DNA of 57,274 nucleotides, filler included, from Sphacelaria rigidula (GCA_964200075.2; 5 parts of 5 records of this genome joined end to end with filler, not necessarily neighbours in it); one strand, 5' to 3'; shown: positions 36,271 through 49,670, counted from the whole stretch's first letter. Notes: generated from the sequence alone by a model not told the origin. Numbers and translations: made by a program.

Positions 36271-36664
36271 ATTGGTAGAAAAACAAGCAAGCCCGCCAAG
36301 GCATGAAATCACTCCGGTAACCAATTTCATGCTAATCACTCGTCCCAGTCAATCAGCAAAAGCCAACAACGTACAGCCGATTTCGTCGCGAAAAAGGTGG
36401 TTTCTCGCGAAAACCATACGTTGAAAAAAAAAAAAAAATGCATGATACGGACAAATCAACCCGATTGACGTGAGGTAATTGTCGGTGCATGTTTGTGAGA
36501 GCAACGTCTTGCTAGGGACGTCTGGGTGATTATCCACTCGCATAGCCGTTTTTTTTCTTCACACGGCGGTACACGAAAACAACCGGCCGGTTTGTGAGGC
36601 GGTTATCCATACACGTCAAAAGAAACGTGACGGAGTCAACACACAACCATCGGGACTACTACGT

Positions 36665-36920
36665 GAGCAATGCTATGGTAGGAGTGCACTTTTTGCGCAA
36701 GATCTTGTCTGGTTCAGGGGCTCATAACGATTCTAGATTCACGAGAATATGGGTCAGGGCATCCCCGTTTGCAAGTTTATTCGGAATATCCTTAGCACAT
36801 TGGGACAGTAACCCTGGCGTACTCTCACACTTTTCATAACTCGTGTTTTGAGTGAGATAACGGACTAATAACAATCGTAACCTCAGAAAATGTTGGTGCA
36901 CCCCTACCGTAGCATTGGTC
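36665..36920. mobile_element. MITE family M2, copy 2
   Basis: GAGCAATGCTATGGTAGGAGTGCAC ... GTGCACCCCTACCGTAGCATTGGTC inverted termini. Confidence 0.85.
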
Positions 36921-38541
36921 ATGTTGTTCCGATACGGATCACCCAACACATTTCTGAACCACGACAAATACACGGGACAGGGAGGACCAACGCAGTCCAC
37001 CGCTCAGGATATTTGTCCGTTCGGACTAAAACGAGGCTGACTCTAACACAAACTGAGGGAAAAACCACAGCCGGTCGGACCGTCACGTTACTTCGTCCAA
37101 TAACCCCTAATAAGAACAAAACACCGCCGACCGATTTCATGGGTGGGTAACCGTACGCAAAAAACGGGTGTAAGTACTGAAAAGACAATAGCGAATGTTG
37201 GACTCTGAGCCTGTAGGCTGTACCAATGGTCGAATATCGACACGGCGGAACGGTCTGTTCCGGAAGAACAATCTATCCTTCCATGATACGCAATGGTCCT
37301 GCATGAGAAGACGTTTGCCACCAAACATTCCACTACTGCAAGGACGATTTCTCAACATCGTTACGTACGACGCGGCCAGTGGTGACCTCGTTGTAACTTA
37401 CCAATCACCAAAAAAAGATAAACCATCCGTTGCGTCAATCACACGTGACCCTTCATATAAACAAGATCGGTCGCGTATGTGAAGGAATCGCGGAAAAAGT
37501 AGGCGAGGTGTTCGAAACTCGAGGGTCAGAAACGTTGGAACACTCATGGCGTTTCCCGCCTGACGCAAAAACCAAAACCAAAATAAATACAAAACAGGGT
37601 TACGCTTGGTAACAGCGAAAACAAAATACCAGAAACATGAAGCAGAAAAATAACACGTGGCGACCATCCTTGTAAACGGGAGCGGTGACAGTGTGTATGA
37701 AGCAAGTAGTAGGTTCGAAACACTTCGGACCCCGCTTTGGTTACTATCGCCCATGGTAACACAAACCCCAACGTGGAACGCACACAAAAAAGGAGACACG
37801 TGACGACCGATCCCGAAGAGGCAGGCGGTATTCGCGTACGGAGCGATTGAACAAGAGAGCAAATTTCCAGACGTGGGGTCAGGTGTGTATAGCGCTCGCT
37901 CCAAGAACTCTTGACCACAAACAACAACAAAAAACAGTATAGTAAACAGAACAAGACAAAAGGTGCGTACAACGAAGAAAAACAACTCGTGGTAGCTGTT
38001 CCAGAATATGGAATGGTCGCGACTACACGGCGCGGTGGAAGAACCTGCAAGTGTTCTAGACTCGGGGTCAGGAAGGTTCGTGGAACGGTCGTCACGTGAC
38101 ACTTCGCCGTATGAACCCAGAAAAAAAAGGAGCATATATCTACATTAAACACAGAAATAAAAACCAGGCGAAAAAAAAGAAAATAAGAAGAAGGAGAAAA
38201 CAACACGATACAGAACCAAGAACAAAACAGAAAGACAGGGTCCAAGCCAGAACCAAAAATATCCAAGATGCGATACAGAAGACGAAATACCAGAAGTACA
38301 ACCACTACAAGTACCGGGCTAAGCAGTACGGAAAAAAGATGAAAGGGGGGGGGGGGGGGGGAACACATGGTTTTTCAACGACGCTACGGCGCAAGACAAG
38401 CGACTCGAACATGGTACACTAAGCAAGGTTAATGGGGAAGCAGACTCGGATGCGGCATCATGAGTCTTCTGCATTCCAAGCGGTGTCCGTGTTGCGTAGA
38501 ACGGCTGTGTCGAGATCGCCTTGGTCGTGTCGCTGGAGGAA

Positions 38542-39207
38542 TCAGGATCCCCGGCGGGCGGTCGGCACCTCGGTGTAGTAGGCATCATCCAAGCGAATCT
38601 TGAGGGGGCTCGGATCATCGAGGAAGCGGATAAAGTAGGAGTTGTCAGATGCAGGGTCGACCAAATGGATCTTACCCAGCCACCACAGTAAATCCAAAGC
38701 TTTGCACCAAAAATACGCCCCCTTCGGCAAACGTCGTCCGTGAAAAGCCTGAATGTATTGTGAACGCGAGAGGAGGCTATATCCTGTTACGACAAATCGC
38801 GCCGAGTGCTCTCGTGCCAGTTCCCGAGCGGCAGCTCCCTTGCGCATCGACCTATATCTCTTCTTCAATGGGCGGTGTTGGACGGCATCTCCTACCCAGT
38901 ACAGCAATATTTTCCGACGAAAGTGGCGTAAGTCGACCTCACGCTCCCATGTAACACGTATGATACCCTTCCAATGGGTTTGATACATAACAGTCATCTT
39001 ACCTCCCCGATCTCGAACCATTTGATGGCTCGAGATGCGATCTACCACCACTCGCTCAACAGGGCCGTTGGCATCTTCAACTGTCATGTGATACGGGGGG
39101 GCTTCGGTCGCATAGTCGGTCAACACGTACTGGCTGAGACCCATTGGCAATTGCTTGGGCATGTCGGATGCATCATGCGGGGGCAGACACGGTTTACACC
39201 TTAGCAT
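38542..39207 (-). pseudogene. Integrase C-terminal chromodomain plus Tudor-like segment
   Basis: Chromodomain VDRISSHQMVRDRGGKMTVMYQTHWKGIIRVTWEREVDL, then LPKGAYFWCKALDLLWWLGKIHLVDPASDNSYFIRFLDDP. Confidence 0.8.
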
Positions 39208-39452
39208 CGATACTCGGTTTTTGGGTTTGATGCCAGGTTCATCATTGGGAAATACAAATACGAAATTTTCTCGCCTACCGGACTATTGTCGGGTGCGGCG
39301 TCACAGGGCCCTACCGCCAAGATATTCCAGGGTCCAGTCCAATTAAAGGATAGTTTCGACTTTAACACCTTATCCAACGACGATTCATTGGAGCTAGCCC
39401 CCTGAGTTACGGTCTTCACATCATCGTACACCCATGCCCATTGATCTACCTT

Positions 39453-40758
39453 TCACACCGGACGGATGTTGACCGCATAATCTAACACAGTGTTTGCCCT
39501 GGCCACTTTCGCTGCGTTCACCTGGATCTGCTCGCGTACCACCTCATACACTAGACGAAGACGATTATTGACAGAAATATGGTACTCCGCGATATCCCTA
39601 TCCAAACTATGATGGCCCCCATAAGGTTTCCGTTCGAACACCGTCAGTGACAATCTGGGTATACGACCAATATGAACTTCATTGGGGGCCAATCCCGTTG
39701 CGGCATTGCCTGAGTTGTTGTAGTTCATCTGAATAAGGGGCGAATGCAAGTGCCAGTCGGTTTGTCGTTCGTTGGTTACCGTTGCAAGTATTTGAGCCAT
39801 CGTATGGTTCACTCGCTCGGTCCCACCGTTTGTGGACGGGTGGTATGAGCTTGTAAAAATACGATGGGCACCCAGGAGGTTACGGATCGCAGCAGCACGT
39901 TTGCCGGCGAAATACGGGCCGATATCGGACAACAATCGTTCGGGCATGCGGCATGCGGAATGTACGCGTATACAAGAATGTTGGTGGTACCGTCCGCGTT
40001 GTAGCTACTGGCAGCGACGGCGTGCATCACCGCATGTCGACTAAATCTATCTGTGAACAACAAAATATACTCATGACCACTATCTGTCAGGGGCAAAGGG
40101 CCAAAATAGTCCCCCGAAACTATTATTTATATTTGTCGCACTTTGAACCCCTCCTCTTCCTCGGGACGGGTCCGTGGTCTACTTCACCAGGCACGCTTGG
40201 GAGTGGCGTGGAAACAATCGGCCAACGAACTGTTTGGCGTGAAGTGTTTCGTGCCTGATAGAAAAGACAACGCCTCACCTACCAATGTACACATTGGTCC
40301 ATACACATCCACCAATAAAAACTCTCAAGCATATGGGAGGTCCGAGCAACTCCCAGATGTGTCGATGCTTGCGGATGACACTCATGGAGAACCCATGGGC
40401 GCAGCAGCATCGGCACATAAATTCCTGTGGGGTCATCACCTACTAACAAGCAGGCATATTTAGTGGTAGATTTACCCACACGAAGGGGCGCTGTGGGCCG
40501 GCGAACTAAGAGGACGACATCATCATCCGTAAAAAGCATACCTTTCCGCGATAGTTCAGTAACTTCATCCTGTGTGGGGGCTTTGTGGTTCCCAACGGGC
40601 AAGAGGAATTCGGTTGCTGGAAAAGGAGACGTGTAGCCTTTGGATAGATAATGTATAGTCGCTCTACAAGCAGGTTCAGCTTGTTGTTTCCTGGCCCAAT
40701 CAGCATGGGAGAGAAGGGTCAAACGTTCCTCAAATACACTATCCGACGGGTTGTCCAA
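39453..40758 (-). pseudogene. Gypsy integrase remnants (Zn-binding region and rve core)
   Basis: LHECHPQASTHLGVARTSHMLESFYWW; PLTDSGHEYILLFTDRFSRH; PERLLSDIGPYF...TSSYHPSTNGGTERVNHTM. Confidence 0.92.
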
Positions 40759-41419
40759 AATTAAGGGGTTCGTGTCACGGCTGTGTTGATTGAATCAGGG
40801 ATATTTGAATCATGGACGGGGGATCAGTTAGTGTACTTTCAAGCGGAACATTGTCCGCGATTCCTACGTCGACAAGTGCATCAGGTGATGAGGCATCAGT
40901 GGGGACACCATTACCGGGGAAGGGGCAAAGCCGAGGCTTCGACTTTGGGAGGAAGGGGTGCTGTGGATGGGGTCGATCTTTTGGGGGTCTTGCGCCGCGG
41001 TGGGTAAGGGGGGCGCAAGGTAAGTATCGCGCACCGGGATGGGAAGGTTTGGACCAAAGACCGCCAGGGTGACGACCGTGTCGGCGGCCCGCCGTCCCCG
41101 GGTTCTAATCGAGAGGATATCTCGAACTTGAACCGGGAGAACGAAGTCAGTACAAGACGACTCTACATCTGCAGCACAAACCATACGATGACCAGTTGCA
41201 CGGAAATGATTATACTCGCTCGGGTTTGTACTAGCTCCACTCCAAACTGAACTCAACGATTGTGGTGGCATACTGCCTAGTATAGAAGCGTAAGCTGTAG
41301 TCGTTAGCCCATCGATGACAACTTCCGAGTTGTTGTTCAGTGAGAGTGGTGTGTAGATTCCGCTATGACCGCTTCTGCTAATGAAATATACAATATCTTC
41401 GGTGAGATCCGTAATACGT

Positions 41420-42295
41420 CCCAAGGCAGAACTGTCGCGGTTTTCCAAAAACTAATGATCTGCATAAATCACGCACGGAATGTCATACAAGTACTGACGG
41501 AGACGTCTCACTCCCCAAACAATCGCGCCGGCCTCTTGCTCCATGACCGACTAGTTTTGTTCGTTTGGGTAGGTGGTTCGACTCCAATATACAATGGGGC
41601 GAATATTAGCATCTGGTTCTTCCTTCTCCAAGGTGACACATTTAGAGGAATCCGTGTGAAGTCGGAACGGACGTGAACCATTTTCAGCGGCCGGTCAGTC
41701 TGGGAAACCCAAGATTGGTGGTCGCGAAAGTGTGTCAAGCAGTTTACGTACTGCTTTTTCCATTCCCGACGTAAACACGAATGTCATTCCTTGTTTTCTT
41801 CAGAAGAGAGGTGAGAGGTTTCAAGATTTGGGCTAGGTTCGGCAAATACTGTCGGTGGTAGCTCAAACCGTCGAGCAAGGAGCGCAGACGAGACGTATCC
41901 CGTGGCATGGGCACATCTGCAAGTGCGGCAACCTTGTTGAGGTTTGGACTACGACCATCAGGAGTGATACAGTGGCCCGGGAATTCGATGCTAGTCGCTC
42001 CAACGCTGGGTTTGGACGGGGCAAGTTTCAAGTTGTGCTGTTCGAAGAGAGCGAATAAAAACGTCAAGTGCTCGGCATTTTCGGAAGTGTGCTACCGTGT
42101 ATTACCGCATCGTCGGGGTACACATGGCACTTGGAGAATCGATCACTCACAAAAAACATCACACGTTCAAACGCCCCGGGGGCACCAGCGGCACCTTGTG
42201 GTGTTACCAGCCATTCGTAAGCCCGACGGTGTACAACACGCCGCCCGTTCTTTAGATTACGGGTTCATCACAAGTTGGTGGTAAGCTGACGCACT
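41420..42295 (-). pseudogene. Gypsy reverse transcriptase and RNase H remnants
   Basis: SAYHQL; CCTPSGL/YEWLVTPQGAAGAPGAFERVM; VYPDDAVIH (mutated YxDD); HNLKLAPSK..EFPGH; RPFRLHTD..RPIVYWSR..EQEAGAIVWGVRRLRQYLY. Confidence 0.92.
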
Positions 42296-45200
42296 ATTTT
42301 CGTTGTGAAGGGAGACATCATCCATGATTGCGGTTCCGCTGAATAGATCCGATCCAATTGCTGGCAAGAAATCTGTGAACAAACCTTGCTTGTGATTGTG
42401 AGCGGTTGCGCTGAAATAAACACGCTGATAATCCTCCGAAGCAAGATTTCTGTCCGAAGGTGGGTTGGGGCACGGAGCATCGTTTGAAATATTGGTGAAT
42501 CTGCTGAGTGTTGATTTTCGTATACTTGTATGGATGGACGATGCCTGGAAAGGGCAGTTGTCGTGGCTTGCCGCGACAACTGTTGCGTTTGGTTGAGATA
42601 CCTTGGTTGGCCGCAACAAGTAGCGAAGGGTGAGTTTGCCAAGCTGGCGAGATTAAAGCATCTAGTACGGGCAAACGAGGGGACGTTTCGGCAAAGGGTG
42701 AAGGCGATTTCGCTGCACTTGAGTCAATTTGCTACCCGTCTTAGTCGGGGACAACATTGGTAGAATAGGGAATGAGCGGTCAAGCGTGGACGGCTCGTCG
42801 GTCACTACGCTATGTTTTCCTCGTGATGAAGACTCAGACGCGGGGGTTTTCATGACAAGGAGGCGAACACCCAATTAGCAGTGAGGTATCTGACCCAAGA
42901 GACGACAACGCTTTTTTAGTGATGGGTTCTAACATAGTATGTGAGGAGTCGGCAGGGAGCGGTGTTGATCGCTTCGAAATCTGGGAAACACCGGCCTGGT
43001 CGACAGTATCGTCTTCATCTAGTCACACCCACACCCGTTCACGACTTCGGTGGACAGGTGCAACTGCGTCATCAGGGATATCTACAGGGTCATCCGGAGG
43101 AGCCCGCCGAGGGTGACGCGTATAGCGCACCAAAGGTTCGGCTGCTCCGGGGGCTATTGGGAATTGGTCAAGGACAGTCTGCCCTCGGTCACGCTCGTGG
43201 CGCTTCACCGACGCTGTGCTTGGGGTTCCTTCCCAACCCGCTGAGCGACGGAAAGCCAGGGTTCGACACGGTTGCGCTCAGTGCTCGAAAAAATACGCTC
43301 ACCAAATAAAAGGGGACCGGGCACCGACGTCATTTCGTTCGTGGGTGTAACAGAGGTCGGCTTGGCACCTAAGCATGTTTGGGGGCTGGTGTGTAGCCTT
43401 GATTTTATTGTCCCACGATGAACGGTCGCAGGGGTAAAAGCTACCGCGACAGAAGATGTACCTGCTTCGAAGGCAAGAGGTATTACACTACATGACTGCC
43501 GATCCCGCGAGGAGAAAGAATTCAACTGGCTATGACTAATACCACTTGGAGGTAAAACTAGGTAATCAGCTCAAGAATTAAAACACTGGGGTTGGTCTCT
43601 GCGCAATTGGGAGTCATGCAACGATGCACGGGATTCTGCTGCCATGGAACCCATCATGACAGGCTGATCGAGCCCAGTGTACCCGCACCACAAACCTGAA
43701 CCTGTGCCGTACGACATTGATTCAGTTCTTTGATGTGTGTCCACTGGCCGAGCGAAAGAAAAGGGGGGGCACTTCCAGTCGTTGGTTCCCCTACTGTGAG
43801 TCTGTGGCAGACACTGAGGAATGAACGCGAAGTAAGTGTATTCGAAACGGGCAGAGGACGACGGCCTAATTTTGAGGCAGTGGTGCACTCTGAATCGTTC
43901 CACTGTAAGCTTATTTGAAAACGCGGGGTTTGGTAATTTCCAAAACATCGTCCAGTGGCGCGTGTAGCAGTGGAGGGACAGAAATAAATCTGGTGGGGCT
44001 CAACCGTGTGCAGTCTTACGATTGACCCTGTGGATACGGGTGAGGAGCGCCAGAATGAGATATGGGTAGGCTTGGGCCGAAAGTCTTTGCGTCCGAGCCT
44101 AAAAATACTACTGACTGCACTGTGGTTCGAGATTGCTGTGATCACTATCGTGGTTACAAAATCAGATCGGGGGTGGTTGTTTGAACCGCGCGAGTCGCGA
44201 TGTTGAGGGCGACGGTTTTAACGCATAAGCCCGTATTGTGAGGATTTGGTAACAAAACATCTGAGCACACCGAATGCGTTTGTGAAAAGCTCCTCACAGG
44301 TGCGCATCAAGTATATGGGTACGCAATCGGCTGCGGTATAACCAGTATCGTCATTAAGCCAAATGTCACAACATTGAGAGGTATCCTTACAGGGGATCTA
44401 GTCAGTTTGAAGGAGGGGGTCGACGTAACGGTTCCACATCGATGTTTTCGATAAGGTCCGTGAAGGTGCTGATTTGATGTGCTGATCGCCAAATTTATGG
44501 TGCAAAAAGCCAAGGAGAGTACGACTGGTGATCACGACGGTGGTTGGTACCGTCGCTGAAGACATGACCTAACCCTCTCTGACTTATTCCATATATGATC
44601 CATATCAGCCAGCGAGACGGGACAGTGGAACCCACCCGTGCTGCTGGAATTTGAATCAAGAAGGCAAGAAAGTAATTAAACATCATGATTCCGGTGTGCT
44701 CGTAGTTCGAATGTCAGAGGTTGGCTGAAGTAGATGGTTTATACCCGGCATGCAGCTTAGTGCACACCGCACATTTACCCGGCCTGTCACCTAATTAATG
44801 AGGTGTTGGGGCGAGGTGAACGCAAAAAATGAAGAAAAGATCGCAAGAACCTCAGAAAAAAATGGTTGTACAACACAATCTCAATAGTGGTGCCTGGGAT
44901 AAAGTGACCGCTTCATGCAGTGCTGTACAGAGATACCGAATATTCAATCATGCCGCCATGGAAAACAAATCTGTACTCACAAGGCACAGCGAACATCCAC
45001 ATTAACCCGCCGAGTCCTGTACGAGCGCTTGGGAAGGCTTGGTAACTTGAGAAACAGTAGCTAGCGGGATTCGCAGCTGAACGTTGGCAAAATCCCGACA
45101 ATCTGATGTACTGTGCAGCTGGCAGGATCGTGAGGTCCGCTGCTATTAGCTGAGGTGGAAGTTGGGTAACATGCAGTACAGGCGGACAAGCGAAATACAC

Positions 45201-45705
45201 CGGCGACCCAAAACAATGCCGTATCTATAGTACAGTACAGACAACAAAGCACATACAGTATGACTTAGAACAGTGCGGTATTGTATCGACACACGATATG
45301 ATATCGGACAGTAAGGTCACGTGTACTGTGGAATGACAAAAATGGGGGGTAATACAGCACAGACAGTACGCAGTTGTGGCGGTTTACTACGCTGTATAGT
45401 GCAATCGAGTAGATACACACCGTCCATGGCCGCTGTTGTAGGCGAACAGTGCCGCAAGTTTCAGTGCCTACACTAATATCGTGAAGATTGTGGACAACTC
45501 GGGACAGTAGAGACTGCGTGCTAGAAGCTGCAGCATGTCGTACAATGTCTTACCAACGGTAGTTGTCCCGCTTGTGAAGAAACAATCGCAAGCGGTGCAG
45601 TGCGCACAGCGGGAGAAGAGAATGGGACGGCAAGGCGGGGGGCGGGTCTACTACAGATAACCCATAGATCTCGGTATGTTGAACACCGCGGCTATCCAAA
45701 ATAAA

Positions 45706-45800
45706 GGGGGGGGGGGGGGGGGGCGGGGGGGACGGGGGGGTTCTGGAACAGCATAGATCATAGAACTCGTATGTGTTGAAGATCAATACAAAATCCGAGG
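45706..45800. repeat. G-run-anchored repeat, second copy, cut by contig end
   Basis: One mismatch to 34471-34573 outside the G-runs. Confidence 0.9.
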
Positions 45801-45900
45801 NNNNNNNNNNNNNNNNNNNNNNNNNNNNNNNNNNNNNNNNNNNNTTAATTAATTAANNNNNNNNNNNNNNNNNNNNNNNNNNNNNNNNNNNNNNNNNNNN
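45801..45900. other. Artificial 100-bp contig spacer
   Basis: N44-TTAATTAATTAA-N44. Confidence 0.99.
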
Positions 45901-46068
45901 CTCTAGCTATCGTTCAAGCCATCGCACGGAGCAAACGGACCCGTAACGGATGAGATACATGCATGATGCATGGTGCCATGCCACAAGAGTGCTCACTCTG
46001 CCATAAGCATGTATCTCATCCGTTACGGGTCCGTTTGCTCCGTGCGATGGCTTGAACGATAGCTAGAG
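45901..46068. repeat. Perfect inverted repeat: 62-bp arms, 44-nt loop
   Basis: 45901-45962 is the exact reverse complement of 46007-46068. Confidence 0.95.
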
Positions 46069-47487
46069 AATGTGTGAGTGTTTCCCATGTGTTGCTGTGT
46101 CCATGCGGGGCTTGTGGAACGGATGCTGAACGTTGATGGATGTAACAGACTACGTCAACGTTGAGGTAAATAGCAAGACCCTATTTTTTTCAAGTGGCAC
46201 GGCATGCCGACTTACATGAACAGGTAGATCTTGACCGTTCGTGTGGGAAATAGTCCCGTAGAACCCCTGGCCAAAGTCATGTGTCCGGCCAAAGTCATAT
46301 GTGAGTACGTTTTGTTCCGCTTGGTAGAGCGATACGTTCTATACGACGCGAGTAAGTGGTGCACGCTGGTCACCACAAATGCTGCGATATACGCCAAAAG
46401 CATACTACCCGACTTTCCTTAGCAGTGTTGATACACATTAATGCAAGGGTCGGACAGATAATGATTCGTCTGGAAATCACTTGGTTTTAGGATAAATGAT
46501 TCGACTCGTACGAATCAATCCCTAGGTTTTGTTTTCAGCGTTGCAACCCAGGTACACGCAGCCTAGGCACGTGGAATGGCGCAAAAGTTGCGTGGATACC
46601 CCTTGGACCAGCGGTCAACTTTTTTCTCCCTTCTGGGCAGTCAGGCCGGAGAAATCGTGGATTTGGTGATTCGTAGTCCTGATGATTCGTCCTAACCATG
46701 CATTCATGGCAGTGCTGCTGCCGAACCTCCTGCGTGTTGCGATGTTGCACCGCGAATGTTGCCGACGGCACTCTGTGGCGCATTACTCTCCCACTGTACA
46801 TAGCATTCACTCTTTCTACCTCAGCTCGGTGTTCTTGGACCCGTTGACCGCCAGGGTTGGCAACCCTGACGATCCACGGGTCTCATTTTTGGAGCGAAAA
46901 CAGTGCCGATTCAACATATGACCTACCCTGGAGGTGAAAGAGAGGTGTTCTGTACAGCTGTATTCAAAACACAAGAAGGCAATGGCAAAGCGTACACGAA
47001 GTGCAAAAAGGTCCTGTACATGTTGTTTTGTGCGCTTTGACGGTTGGGTCGTCGTCGCTGTGATGGTCAAATGAAAACATGACCTCCAGGTGTACGTTAT
47101 TGAGCGATACTGGGGAACATGACACATCCTTCCACCAGTCAAGAAGTACAAACAGACGATGACTGGACTAAGGCCGTGTCTTATCGAAACGAAAAAAAGA
47201 GCGGGATAAGGAACAAACAAGCGTCCGAACGCAGCATCCTGATTAGTCGCCGTAACCATAGACCTACCCGGCAATCAATCAACATGTTGCTTTTGAACGC
47301 CTGTTCCTCTTCCCGCTTCTTTTCTCGGTTCTGATGAGACACGGCCGAACTCCCCTCATGGCTGTTGCTCGACGTGGAAAATTCCTGGAAAGTGGAAACA
47401 CGCATGGTTGATCCCGGAAGAGTTCTCTGACGATTGCACAGTGTGGAGAGCCCTGCCCCCTCCCTCCTCTTCCTTTCCCCCCCCCCC

Positions 47488-47535
47488 ATAGGAAAAATGG
47501 CATGCATGATCATGAGTACACCCCCATAGGAAAAA
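47488..47535 (+). mobile_element. Minimal oligo(C)-tailed retroposon insertion with TSD
   Basis: C11-ATAGGAAAAA-[TGGCATGCATGATCATGAGTACA-C5]-ATAGGAAAAA. Confidence 0.8.
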
Positions 47536-49670
47536 CATGGGAATCCCTCTTATCTCAGTCGTTGATACTGTTCCGAAGCGATGCTTGAGGTCAACGGATA
47601 AACCCTTCGGCTACGAAGAGTCTGAGATCTTCACTATAGGAGCAACCGTGCACGAAAGTCAATTGACAAAATTGGGGCATTGGCATACATGTACTCAAAC
47701 GAGGAGGGTTTGACCCAATTCGTAGCCCCAATGTTGACAACATTTTGAAATAACGCTAGAGCTATTATAGCGTGAACACCAACCCTAACCCAAACAAAGG
47801 CGTACCGAGAACCCTCGGGCAAGGGAGGTTCAGACGGTGCCCTAGGCAAAGTGTGCCTTGGCAGGGTGGCGCCGATTTCAACAAAAGCGCGTTCTGGGAA
47901 CGTTACGTAGGAGCACTTAGGACTGTCAACCCCACCAAAATATTCAAATATTATTCACACTAAAATCGATTATGTTTCAACCATGATTCCGGGGACACAA
48001 ACTGGTGTAAACTCTACAGGACTCAAACGTAATACAGAAGTACTTCGCGGTCAAGCGGTTGTCAAAAAGTTCAGTTAACTCGGACGTTGCACTGCAAGCA
48101 GAGATAACGTGGCCAAGCTTCAACCCAAACATTGCTTCCAGAGTTCTCTCTGCACCCCACCAGGCCCGAACTGGAGGGACAAAATGCTTCGAAGACGGGA
48201 ACAATTCGCTGTGCTGACATTTATTGTGCAGTGCTGTACCTTCCTAGTCTGCTGTGTGGTGTTCTTGTTCTTTACTCTATAGAAACGCGATCGCATGTGC
48301 TAGTACCAGGAACCGTTCCGCGCTGACCTCGAGTAAGAAGAAACAGACAAGATATTAAATGCTCTATTGAACATCAGCGAAGGCGGTAATTCACAATAAC
48401 ATCGGCATATATCGCAAGAGTATCGGCAAGCGCAACAGCGAGCAGACCGCCGGAGGCAGGAAAAGTGGGGTATATTCACTTCATATTTCATCAAAATTGG
48501 CCCAAACTGTGTAGTATCCCCTTTCCCAACCTATCGTTCAAACGATGGGTTCGATTTTGCGGTGCTCTGTGCAACATAGAGGACGTTGCATCGACATATA
48601 CTGTATAATAGTACATACAGTGATGTGCAGTACACAGTACAGTACAGTAGAGGACAGTCAAAAGTACAAAAGTGGTATCGTCGTTTTCAAACAAGCTGAA
48701 ACAGAACAATTGTTTTTCGGATACATTGCTCGGTCCCAGAGGTGAAGAGCACAAATACGCCTGCCTCAGGCATACAATAAGTGGATGCGGTACTCTAACG
48801 ATACGCTGTGTCGTTTTAAAACTTGAATTAAACGGCCCGAGCTCACAGAGCAAAGCGTCACATGCCGATAATGCGACCAACGTGAAGGGGGTGCTATTCA
48901 ACAAAAAACCCTAGAACAAATTTTTGGGTGTGATGTTCCTCGGACATGCATTGTGATATCATGTGATGGAGTGCTCTTCTCGCTCGCACATGTGCGGAGA
49001 GTACGGAAACAACAGGACTTTCTTGAAGATCAGTAGATCATTTCCGGAATCGATATATTTTTTCGCACATACCTATGTAGCTCCTTCCTGAAGAGCAGCG
49101 CAGCAAGGACACAGCTTTTCCCAAACGGCCGATCAGCGATAGAGCAGCAGCCCAGCAGGCGATCCAGAGAAGATGGGTACCAATTAGTTTGGACCCCCCC
49201 CCAGCTGCAATTTTGCGCATACCACCTTTATTCCGTAGCGCTCTCTGTCTCAGACTTGAGGTGCATACTACTAGCGCAGAAGAACGGCAACACCCACCGA
49301 TGAACTTTGGTCGAAACAACCACACCGACACCAACAGCAGCATCACGACAGCAAAGGCGATAACGACGACTCCTTCCCCTAGTATCTACCCTATTACAAC
49401 CACGGCTCCCGCGGGCTTAAATCGCTGCTTCAGCTGGTCCCACACCTTTCGAAATAGTCGGCCTTGAGTTCAAGCTTGGTCGTTTGCTGCCTGGTCGACG
49501 ACGAACTTGAAAACGAATCGTTGAGTGGGTTGGTTGTATACATACTCGTACGGTCAAGGGGCGGGGAGGTGCGGAGTCTGAGGGTTGCTTGTCACTGGAG
49601 AGAGTGATATCAGGAACAACAGGACAAAGCTGCAAAAGGCTGCTGAAGGGAGATCGGAAGAAAGAGCACC

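Larger units (their letters stand above)
38542..44560 (-). mobile_element. Degenerate Ty3/gypsy (chromovirus-like) LTR retrotransposon internal region; 5' limit approximate
   Basis: Domain order RT > RNase H > integrase > chromodomain on the minus strand with many frameshifts and stops; no LTR pair recognised. Confidence 0.9.

Noticed and set aside
36921-38400. 3' LTR of the gypsy element, and ORFs 37398-38135 / 37544-38368
   Set aside because: A TGTCACG start at 38101 (minus) is suggestive, but no matching 5' LTR, PBS or PPT was found; the ORFs are T-rich low-complexity translations.
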